Shown one piece after another: positions 54,750 through 64,000 of a DNA stretch of 64,000 nucleotides (positions within the stretch are counted from its first letter, which is position 1; every line of letters begins with the position of its first letter). The position numbers and the translations under genes are program-made. The notes under the pieces were generated by a model that saw only the letters and a list, made by a program, of their open reading frames with translations, did no database searches and had not been told where the DNA came from. This DNA comes from Raillietiella orientalis (taxonomy: Eukaryota): assembly GCA_036172245.1 (NCBI GenBank), contig JAYWIR010000095.1:62001-126000 (forward strand). The letters run 5' to 3'.

Positions 54750-55750
54750 CTGCAGCGATCAAGTTTCGTACTCATTTGCGAAACTGCTTACTTCCTCTTA
54801 CTGTTTTCCCAACTCTCTTCTGGAGGCAGGAAAAGGCTGACCGTACTTTCGTGACGCTTCTCCCGTCAAATCCCAAGGTATGATCTCTCTTCTCCAGTTT
54901 CAGTTGGCTGATTCGTTTGTCCACGCATTTTTTATTTCTATTTTTGCGCACCGTGTTCCTTGTGAGGGAAGAATAACTTCTCACAATTAGTCGGATGGGA
55001 GACTCTAAAACGAGCGCGATTTCTTGATTCCTTTCTTTTGGCCGCCCACGCTACACCTCAGTACACGGCTCTCCTGACTTGATCACTTCCCCTTTTAGAG
55101 TTTCGTTAAGTTCCTTTGGGAGATGCAAGTTGCGCTTGCTGCGGCTTCCACGTAACCGTTTGTTATGTGTGCTTGCCTTTATGCGTCCCATACAAACCTG
55201 TCTTTCTTTTTCTTTTTTCTGGAAGGATCAGGAATGCAAAAATCGACCTCTTGGTTCTGGCGAGTGGCTTGAAGGCATTTTTTTCTCCGCCTACACAGAT
55301 GATTACGAGAGACAGTAGAGAGTGCAACGGTCTTTCGGTAGCTCACTTTGAAACCCCACAGCTTCGTTCTTCTAGTACTCCAAATGCTCCCTAACGCTCC
55401 ATTAACAGCTTCACGAGGGCATTCAAGTATTGCGAGATCGTCTTCGATTCTCCACACATCCCTCCCGATCTCTTTCTCCCCTTCGGATCCAGATTTTGAA
55501 GGAAATCCCTTCCCGTAAAGATGGCTCTGTGCCGGAGCGTGCCTTTTCGAAGTTTTTCGTGTTTCAGTCAGAACAAATCAGAATCGCATCCACACGTGTG
55601 CTCAGCACAGGAAGATGTGTGGAACAAATCATCTCTGGGGCACACGTATTAGATACTGTGAACCAATGCAGGTGTGTGCCCTCTATGGGTCTAAGGTGAT
55701 GCTTGGCCTAAAGAGCCTCGCGGTAAACGGACTCTGGGCAAAAGCTATCC
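54750..55750 (+). mobile_element. Decayed LINE RT fragment
   Basis: FSAYTDD (YTDD at 55292-55303) followed by a degenerate subdomain-7-like stretch (HVLDTVNQ). Confidence 0.4.
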
Positions 55751-56849
55751 AGAAAAGGGCAAGAGGCACTCTCGGTTTCTGTTTGATGAGCCTGTGGTCA
55801 CCACAAACAGAGGACGAGTCTTTGTTCCCTACCGATCCAACCTGGTCACGTAAAACGACTTCATCTGAGTGTTCTGTGAGTGCCTGCATAGAACATTCAG
55901 ACGAAGTCAGATGCGATTTTCCCATCTTCATTTCCGTGCCTGCTCAATTTCTTTCACGTTTCCCATGAAGAGACCCGAGGCGTGCGACCTACAGCCCGGA
56001 ACAGTGCACGAGTGTTCATTTGTGTAGACGTGTGCCCACGCTTCTACAATCTTTCCTGTATTTTCAATAAGACTCTCTAAACATTTTCGATCCTTGGAAG
56101 CAAGAAGAGAGCAGAGAGGAATCGGGAGTTGCTTGTTAGCAGCGGCTAGCCTTGCTTATGGAGCAGAACAAGCATCTCGTTGAGGATACTTCACAGCAGT
56201 CTCGAAAAAAGGAATAAAGCACGAAAGCATTAGCTTCTCAGCAATCGGGAAGCCAGATCGACACTTGGGTTGATGCAGTCTGCCATTCGCTGCCGGATGC
56301 TTGAAGGGCAGCAGGATGACTGCATGGACCGTTTGCCTTCCTTAGTGTCGACTCAGAAACGTTCGGGGAAAACTGCTCAAATCGTCTCATTTGCCGTCGG
56401 AGGAAGTTGAGGGAGGAAGGGCAGATGGAGAATGCCTCGTGGCAACCAAGCACGTCTCTCTCTTCTTTTGAAATGGAAGAAGTCTCTTTTTTTTTGTTTT
56501 TTTCCATACCCACAGATTCCTCGCTCCTGAGAGGGGCAAGGGCAACCGTGCGAAGGCGTAGCTCGCACAAAATCAAAAGGGCAGGCGGACTAGATTGCCA
56601 AAGGGCTTCCGAACGACGAAAGTCATGCCATAACTCCAGCGCAGGTTCCCACACAAGGTAGGGCAAAGGGAGGGTGTCTGAGCGGGAAGGAGGATGCCGC
56701 ACCCGCTCCGCACTAAGAGAGGTAGGTCTTGGAGCCAAGGAAGAAATAAGGAGTCATTCGCGACGGAGGATGAGAGCAGGCGAGGGAATTCCCTGTTTCC
56801 ATGAGGATCCTGACTCGGGAGGAAGGGAAGCGGTTGTGATTTCGTCGTG

Positions 56850-57500
56850 AGGGAAGCTGTTCTCCTTGAGAGCTGGAACCACGGAGAGGTCCGCGAAGGG
56901 AGACAGTTCCTCCAGCCTACCCCACCGAGGGTTTCCGTCATCACTTTTTCTCCTCTCGCACGAAGTGGACTCTGCCCAGCTTCACGAGCGTCCCTCGTTT
57001 TGCCCCGCCCGCGAACGGAGTCTCGACCGGCTTCAGTTGACCCTCTTCGCCGCTGCTCGCGGATCGTAAGTGGGAAGCTGAAGGAGCACGCCGTCTCGTT
57101 CACGTTGCGGGATGAGGAAAAGCTACGACCTCCTTAGGAAGTTCCCTCCCTGTCTTTGGCGCGCGCATTGCGACCCGCCCAGCGAGCTAGCGGGCGGGTC
57201 GGATTCCTACTGGAGTGTACCAGAGGCTTCTTCGGCACGGAGAAGACCTGGTCGAACGCGACACTCGCCAGCGAGGAACGGAGCTTTCGGTGGAGGCTGA
57301 GACACCTTCCTAGAAGAGTTCATGAGACTCCTGGATGGGGGTTGCCGTTCAGACTGCAAGCAGCGGCGAGGAGCATCCCTTCTTCTGTCAGCAGGAACGA
57401 TCAGCTTCTTGACCACGTGTGATCCCAACCCCCCAACGCGCTTGCGTATCCGCGGAGGGCTATCTCACAGAAGCTGGAAGTCCCCGCTATCATGATTCTC
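56850..57500 (+). mobile_element. Possible decayed L1/Tx1-like ORF1 fragment
   Basis: IPSSVS followed by AC..AEGYL....SP (degenerate CCHC), then a pyrimidine tract. Confidence 0.3.
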
Positions 57501-57699
57501 AGCAAGATTCTCAGGTGTCTTTCCCTTACTTCCTGTCCCCCCCCCCGCTTCCTGCCCCTTTTCCATCTACTCCACTCCCCCTCCTCCCCTCACTTGATCT
57601 TCCTCGAAGGAGGGAGCAGCATCGAAAAACCCGGGGGTTTGGACCCGAAAAGGTAGGCTCGGAGAAGCCCTGGACTCCTGCGGTAGAGTGCATCGGGAA

Positions 57700-58445
57700 T
57701 CACCTCACCGTCCGGAGGAGCGCGCGCTGCCGTGCGAAGGCGTAGCTCGCGCGCGAGATCAGAAGCGTAGGCGGGCGACGACACGCGCGCGGCCGGACGG
57801 TCGGCTGGAAGCAGGCATGCAGCCGTCGCCGCCGAATTTCGAGTGCTCTTGCTACACGCGCGCGGGCACACGCAGGCTCGGACGCTGTCCCAAGCGGGGT
57901 ACCCTTCGCAGAGAGGGCGAAAAGAGAGCAGAAGAAGCTTGCGAGGGAAAAACACAGAAAGCAAACGAACCAGACGATGGTGGTGGTGGTGGTGTGGGCG
58001 GGGGGAAGGGGGAGGGGGAAGAAAAATGGAAGGTGGGTGCCTGCTTGCCAACCCCGTACCTAGATGGCAGCGCGGTGCGGACGGCAGATTTCGCACTCCA
58101 TGCTTGTTTAATGGTATCCACTGAGCACCCTCCTTCTTGTGACGGCTCTGCGGCGTTGCAACTCACAAAGCGTCATCTCTCTCCCTCCCTCCCTTTCGCT
58201 TTCCCTCCCTCTCTTGCTCTTTTTTTTTTTCGTGTTTTCGCTTATGTCGGATCTCTCACCGCGCTTTCTCGCTCGCTCTCCCCGCCTCGCGTGCGCGGTG
58301 CTTTCCGAGTTTGCGGCTCTGCTGCCCGCATAGATCTCTCCGGTGAGGGAGAGGGAAGGGAGAAAGAGAGAGAGAGAGGGAGGGAGGAGGAGACGGCGGG
58401 AGGGTTCATCTGGAGATTTGGCCGGAGGCTGTGTTGCTAGACCGA
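57700..58445 (+). promoter_or_regulatory. GC/CpG-rich putative proximal promoter with CT-rich (58175-58230) and GA-repeat (58345-58392) tracts
   Basis: Abrupt rise in GC and GCGCGC runs, plus a (GA)n tract resembling GAGA elements, directly upstream of the ds exons. Confidence 0.4.
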
Positions 58446-58812
58446 GTCAGCACGCTGAGGTTACTCGGCATCGTCGGCAGTCGGTAGAAAGTGCGTGTTG
58501 TGTGGATCTCGCTGTTTCGGCACGGCGGTCATGAGATTCTCCCGCGTCGTCAAGGAGACACGGGAAACGAAGACGACGTGAACGACGTGCTACGCCTGTT
58601 GTTGTTGTGGTTGTGGTAGTGGCGGTAGTGCAGTGGTGGTCGTGCGTTGCTGTAGGTTGCGTTTCCACGGCGACGGCGACGATAAGACCGACGAGATTTG
58701 ATCCGCTGGTTTTCCTCTCCCTCTCGTTTTCCGCCGAAGAAGAGAGGCCGCCGCAAGACCTCTGGAGTTTCTTGACATTTCTCGCAGAAGGATGGGACTT
58801 CTGGAGGGAAAG
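58446..58812 (+). other. Putative non-coding first exon (5' UTR) of ds
   Basis: Follows a GA-repeat tract, has Inr-like TCAGC/GCAGTC near 58447-58483 and GTN-rich low-complexity sequence, and ends at a candidate donor AAG|GTAAAG (58812/58813). The start is approximate and there is no transcript evidence. Confidence 0.4.
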
Positions 58813-59575
58813 GTAAAGAAAAAAAAAAAAATGGCGGTTCTCAACACGGGGAGGAAAGCTCCGGAGGATGTCGGTGATACTGCGATCTCCGTCGCGTATT
58901 CTTTTCTCCCTTCTCCTCCGGGTCCTCTCGCTTGTTTTTTCGGGTCGGGCGCGGTGGCGATGGGTTCATCCTTTCCCCCGGGGCTGGCTGTAGGGCGACG
59001 CCTCGCGGCGCGTTGGGTCGGGTCCGCGGTGGCGCGCGCGCACGCGCACGCTTGCCTATGCGCGTCGCCGAGGTCTCTCGAATGGCGGCGGCCTCCTGCC
59101 AAAGAACGGGAGGCGCTGCTCCGCTGCCTTGTCCGGGAAGAGCAGGGAAGGAAGGAGAGATTTCCTTCGGGAGCTCGCGCGTTCCTCCCGTTGTTCCGGG
59201 AGAGGGGGCCGCTTCTTCCCAGGGAAGAAATTCCGGTGGGGGTTCGGGGAAGTCGTACGCGTTTCGTGTGTGCAGTGGAGCCCAGTTGCCTGGGAAGAGA
59301 AGCGCAGAGGGGGGATGCGCTCCTGGAAGCCGCGAGGATGGGGACGGAGGAGTGTGGAGGGAGGAAGGCGCGCGCACGCGCATCACGCCGTAGCCAGAGT
59401 CGTCGGCGATGCACGCAGGAAGCGGTGGAACAAGGCTGCAGCGCGACTCACTGTCCGCGTGGGGGGGTCTCGGGCCCGCTCCCACGGCCTCCGTCGGCCC
59501 CTTGGGCGCCTCGCCTTGCGTTTCCGTGATTTCCCTTGTCAGCTCGGCGGGATGGCAATCTGAGGCGTCGTTGAC

Positions 59576-59791
59576 GTTCCCAGGGAGCACGCCCCAGGGA
59601 CGTGAAGAGAGCCCTGCCTCCGGCCAGAGACCCCGACCTGGGCGTGTTCAGCACGCAGCGTTACGAGACCTCCTCGGAGCACGTCAATAATGCCTTCCGG
59701 TTGCCTTCCCACCGAGGGACGGACGGCGTCCTTCACCTGGACCTGCAGGTCAACGGCAAACCACCCCCTTTGCGCAGTCTGGGGCTGGATG
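59576..59791 (+). pseudogene. Degenerate partial duplicate of the ds EC2-coding sequence
   Basis: 59593-59756 aligns without gaps to 61410-61573 with 146/164 identities by hand count. It is flanked by a +1 insertion at the 5' side and a net ~13-nt deletion at the 3' side, after which similarity continues to about 59791. Confidence 0.92.
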
Positions 59792-60639
59792 GTGCCCCCC
59801 CCCGGGATACTTCGGCAGAGCTCCTCGTCTTCCCTGATTGGCGCTAGCGGCTGCTCGCGCAATGTGTGCAAGGGGGATGGATCCCCTCGCTCTTCCCATG
59901 GTCACTAACGTCGGTGGCTGGAACGCTTGCCCTCCCTCCCTTCGTTTCCCCCCTTCCCCCGTGGCTTCTTAAGGCGTTCCTTTCCTCTTGCCTCAGCTCC
60001 GGCGACCCTGTGTTCGGGAGCGCGCAGGCTTCATACCCAGAGTTGCACCCCCCTCCCCCCTGCCGACGGACGGAGGAATCAGAGGAAGCGAGAGGCTGTC
60101 CCTTCTCCCTCTCCTTCCTCTGGAACGGTCCGGGACCCGGAGCAAGCCAGTGAGAAAGGGAGGCTCCCCCGCATCCTGGAACAGGAATAAGAGTCGAGGG
60201 ACGGCTGCGCCATCGGCCACCCTTCGCACGAGGCGTCCCAAGGAACGAGGCGTAGGTCGATGAAAGGACCGGGACGCTCCTCCCACGCGGTTTACTTCCA
60301 TCCTCTCCCACTCTCCTCGTCTCTCCTCCGTGCTGAGGCCGGTCCCGAGAACTGGTGGCCTCTGCTGAAGGACCATACCGGGCGGTCGCACGTAACTGGG
60401 GACATCTTTGGCTCCAGGATCCTGGAGGGAAGACGCACTGTCAGGAGGTGCTCCCGGCGAGGGCACACCGGGTCGGTGAAGGAGTTCCTCTTTTTCCGGG
60501 TGGATTTGACCGGCGGGCTTCTTGCGCGCGCGTGCGAGCGACTCCGTCCCGTGGGGCGGGGCGGGATGGGAAAAGAGGAAGAGGGAGCGGGGGGAGGGTG
60601 CGAGCTCAGGGGCTGCTCGTGGGTACACAGGACGGCATC

Positions 60640-60662
60640 TCTTTTGCTTCTTCTCTTCGCAG
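60640..60662 (+). promoter_or_regulatory. Putative 3' splice acceptor of the ds first coding exon (exon would start at 60663)
   Basis: Long polypyrimidine tract tcttttgcttcttctcttcgcAG|G, 288 nt upstream of the ds ATG. Confidence 0.6.
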
Positions 60663-60950
60663 GATGGCCGAGAGTCCTCGTTAGCTGCTGGTCTCTGCGT
60701 CGGAGGCGGTCCCTGTCGACGCCCGCGTGCCCCTGGAGACCTCACTCGTTGCTAGGAGACCGCCAAATTCCCTTCCTCCCCTTCCCCCCACTCTCGTCCC
60801 GTCGTTCCGCCAGTTTCTCCCCGCCCTCCCTTCTTCCTCCCCCCTACTCCCCCTCCGTCCCGATAGGGACACCCCGCCTCGGAGGGTTCAGCGACCTATG
60901 CGCAGCGACGCCGGCCCTGATCTCCGGCCACCAGCAGCGGCGGCAGCGGC

Positions 60951-62807
60951 ATGGTCCGCGGACCGGGACGCCTGCCTTCCTCCTCCCCCGGCTCCCTGCG
61001 GGCCGCGCGCACCCTGATCCGGGTGGCGTGGCAGGTAGCCCTGTGCCTGGCGGTCGCAGTGACCCCGGAGTATGTCCAGGAGTTCGAAGTTCCCGAGGAC
61101 GTCCCGGCCGGTAGCGTCGTCGGCTTCGTGGGGGAGTCCCCGGGGTCGTCTCCCGTTCTTCCCGGTCCCCCATACGTCATCTTCCCCGTTCCCGGAAGCG
61201 CCGTGGACACGGACTTCTCCGTGGACCAGTCCACGGGAGAGATCCGCACGAACGTCCCTCTGGACAGGGAGACGCGGGACGCGTACTTCCTGGTGGCCAC
61301 TCCGGCGAGCGGAGAGAACGTGCGCGTGGTCATCCGGGTGAGGGACGTCAACGACAACTCGCCGCAGTTTCCCGTCCCCTCCGTGGCCATCCGGTTCCCG
61401 GAGAACACACCCAGGGACGTGAAGAGAACTCTGCCCCCGGCCAGAGACCCTGACCTGGGCGCGTTCAGCACGCAGCGCTACGAGATCGCCTCGGGGAACA
61501 TCAACAACGCCTTCCGGTTGTCTTCCCACCGGGAGACGGACGGCGTCCTCTACCTGGACCTGCAGGTCAACGGGTTCCTGGACCGGGAAACCGTCCCCCT
61601 GTACAGCCTAGTGCTGGACGCCTACGACGGGGGGCGCCCCGCGAGGAAGGGGTCGATGACTGTGAACGTGACCGTCGAGGATGTCAACGACAACCAGCCG
61701 GTCTTCAACCAGAGCCACCACCAGGTCACAGTGGCCGAGAACGTCGCCGTGGGCAGCAGCGTGCTGCGGGTGTTCGCCACGGACGCCGACGCCGGTCGCA
61801 ACGGCGCTGTGACCTACTCCATCAACCGGCGCCAGAGCGACCGGGAGTCCGTCTTCCGGATCGATCCCGTCACGGGAGTCATCTTCGTGAACCGACCCTT
61901 GGACTTCGAAAGTCGGGACACTCATGAGCTGGTGGTGGTCGCCCGGGACGACGGGCCGCAGCCTCTGGAGGCAACGGCCTTTGTGACGGTTCACCTGACG
62001 GACGTCAACGACAACCAGCCCACCATCGAGCTGATCTTCCTGAGCGACGACGGCACGCCGAAGGTCTCCGAGGGAGCCGAGCCCGGAGAGTTCGTGGCGC
62101 GCGTCGGCGTCAGCGACGCGGACTCCCGGGGAGCCTCCTCCGCCGCCGCCGCCTCCGCGCATGAGGCTGCGGCGGGAGCGGGAAGAGGAGGAGCCGGCGG
62201 CGGCAGCGGGGTCAATGTGACCCTTGACGGCGGAGAGGACCACTTCGGCCTGACGACCCGCGACGGGGTCGTATACCTGGTGGTCGTCTCCCGCCCCCTG
62301 GACAGGGAACGGCGCGCCCGCTACGCCCTGGAGGTCACCGCCAGCGACCACGGAGACCCGCCACTGCGCGCCTCCCGTGTCTTCCATCTGGTCGTCACGG
62401 ACGTCAACGACAACGCCCCGAGGTTTCAGAGGGACGAATACCGCGCCACCGTTGCTGAGGCTGCCGACCCGGGCACCTCCGTCATCCGTGTGCGTGCTAC
62501 CGACTCGGACGAGGGCGACAATGCCCGCATCTCCTACGCCATCGAGGATCGGCGCGGTCAGCCCAGCTGGTTCCAGGTCGACCCGGCCACGGGGCTTGTG
62601 ACCACGCGCACTCACGTGGACTGCGAGATCGACCCTTCTCCGCGGGTGGTCGTTGTTGCCGTGGACGCCGGAGTGCCTCCGCTGTCCTCCTCGGCCACCG
62701 TCCTCGTCAGCATCCGCGACGTCAACGACAACGAGCCCATTTTCGACCAGAGCTTCTACAACGTCTCCGTCCGAGAGGATGAGGCTCCGGGCAAGTGCGT
62801 GCTCAAG
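60951..62807 (+). CDS. ds: Dachsous protocadherin, first coding exon (signal peptide, EC1-EC5, start of EC6); gene continues beyond the window
   Basis: ORF has a hydrophobic leader (RVAWQVALCLAVAV), five DVNDNxP linkers and LDRE/LDFE/DxD motifs. It carries Dachsous-characteristic strings recalled from known orthologues (FPENTPRDVKRTL, AFRLSSHRETDGVLYLDLQ, INRRQSD, IFLSDDGTPKVSE, VDCEIDP). In-frame stops lie upstream of the ATG. Similarity ends at KCVLK followed by AAG|GTAGGT (phase-0 donor, 62807/62808). Confidence 0.95.
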
Positions 62808-63099
62808 GTAGGTCACACCCTTCTTCCTGCCTTCCTTGTAACCGCAGCCGGGGGGTCGAGCGAAGCGGCTGTCGTTGAGTGCGCGGGCGCGCGGGGGGGG
62901 GCGTAGGAAACGAGAGAGCGCCTCTCCCCCCCCCCCTCTTCCGTGGGAGAGGATTCAGTCCGGGAAACTGGCGCTTGCCTTGCCCTCAAGAAGGGTCGGC
63001 GGCCAATGAACGACGTTGCGTAACCCGGGAGGCGGCGATCTCAGGGACTCGCCCACCTCCACCACCACCACGCCACCCGGTTCCCCCCTGGGCCACTCA

Positions 63100-63900
63100 G
63101 TCCTGGCGGACGGGGACGCCGCGGTGTCCATCGTCCGTCAGCCGAGATGGAGCGCGCGTGATGACCAACGTAGTGGGCTGAAGGTCCTCTGCCCCGTCCC
63201 CGGGGGATTCCTGGGCCCAGGGAAAGAAAGGAGGGTCGAGGAGGGGACACAGGAAGATGCATTCCTTTTGCTGCGTTGGAGACCAGGTGTTCCACCTTCC
63301 CCCGAGCGCGGCGGACGTCTGTCCTCCTTTCCAGCCCCTCGGTCGCTTTCCTCCCCCGCATCTCTTCCTTCCGCGAGTCGGCGGTTCCACTGCTGCCTGC
63401 AGATCTCTCCGGGCGGGGAGAGAGGGAGTTCGCCTGGAGATTTTGATGGCCGGAGGCAGCGTTGCCGGACCGCGGATTCGAAATCCTGCCCGGGGAGGCA
63501 ATGACTCTGCAAACGGGAAAGGAAGGGAGAGTGCCGTGGGTTTTCGAGTCTCCCCCCCCCTCCCCCTGCAGGAGGGCTCTGGTTGGCCTTGTAGCCTCCG
63601 GGTGCGGCGGAGGCGCCCCCGTCGTCTGGTCGGGACTGGAAGTCGACCCTCCAGGATCCTTCCAGGGATCGAGGAGCCGTCCGGGGTTGTCCCTTCTGGT
63701 CTCGAACGTGAACCCTCTCGGGAGAAGAGGGATTCCCCATCGATCACCATGGAGCTAGTGGATCCGCACCTCTCCAGGGCTCCTCCAGTCTCGCGGAGGG
63801 GACTCCTCCATAGGAGTCCCTTCCGCGAGACTCTGGCCCTCTGCACCCAGAAGAGCAGCGGTTGCGGCAAGCCGGATGTACGGACGGGATGTTTTTTTTT
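63100..63900 (-). mobile_element. Possible decayed L1/Tx1-like ORF1 fragment in the ds intron
   Basis: MVIDGESL, IPGRILEGR and QGQPEPSC. The 14-mer AGGATCCTGGAGGG is shared in inverted orientation with 60416-60429. Confidence 0.3.
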
Positions 63901-64000
63901 TTTTGAGGGACAGGGGAGTCGACCCCACTCGTCTGTGAGGGTGCTCAGGAGCTCGGTGTGTCTCCTGCCTCCTCCCTTAGGGTGAGGGTCGAAGGGAACA

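Noticed and set aside
59602..59847. 81-aa cadherin-like ORF as a second cadherin gene
   Set aside because: Starts at GTG mid-domain, is bounded by frameshifts, lacks the LDRE motif and has no splice signals. Treated as a pseudogenic fragment.
57688..61114. Several 240-284 aa ORFs in the GC-rich region
   Set aside because: Arg/Pro/Gly/Ser-rich, overlapping on both strands, as expected from stop-codon scarcity at high GC.
61608..62816. 402-aa antisense ORF (and 60888-61529, 60896-61471)
   Set aside because: Shadow frames of a GC3-rich coding exon with no independent protein features.
62808..62906. Last 32 codons of the 651-aa ORF as the ds C-terminus
   Set aside because: Cadherin similarity stops at the AAG|GTAGGT donor, so the rest is intron read-through.
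1..64000. Prokaryote-style novel system (operon, defence island, retron/DGR), tRNA or rRNA genes
   Set aside because: No intact RT, no dense gene array and no recognisable structural RNA. The ds duplicate does not show the adenine-specific variation of a DGR template/variable repeat pair.

Overview
Animal (arthropod-like) genomic DNA, not prokaryotic. The only host protein-coding sequence I can support is the large first coding exon of a dachsous (ds) protocadherin (60951-62807, +): a signal peptide, five full cadherin repeats and the start of a sixth. It ends at a GT donor and is preceded by a strong splice acceptor and a GC/GA-rich putative promoter and non-coding first exon. The ~57 kb upstream has no recognisable host gene and is dominated by heavily decayed non-LTR retrotransposon (LINE) ORF1/APE/RT fragments on both strands. 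Two insertions keep clean boundaries. One is a 945-bp internally deleted piggyBac (TTAA TSD, 21-bp TIRs) that retains the transposase N-terminus and C-terminal cysteine-rich domain but lacks the catalytic core. The other is a 1002-bp 5'-truncated L1/Tx1-like LINE with a perfect 15-bp TSD. The most unusual items are a degenerate copy of part of the ds exon 1.8 kb upstream in the putative first intron, a 28-aa Ala/Gly loop in cadherin repeat 4, and stacked uORFs before the ds start. I found no convincing novel multi-gene system. Most ORFs in the track are spurious. All family assignments are by-eye motif recognition without database searches, and boundaries of decayed remnants are approximate.
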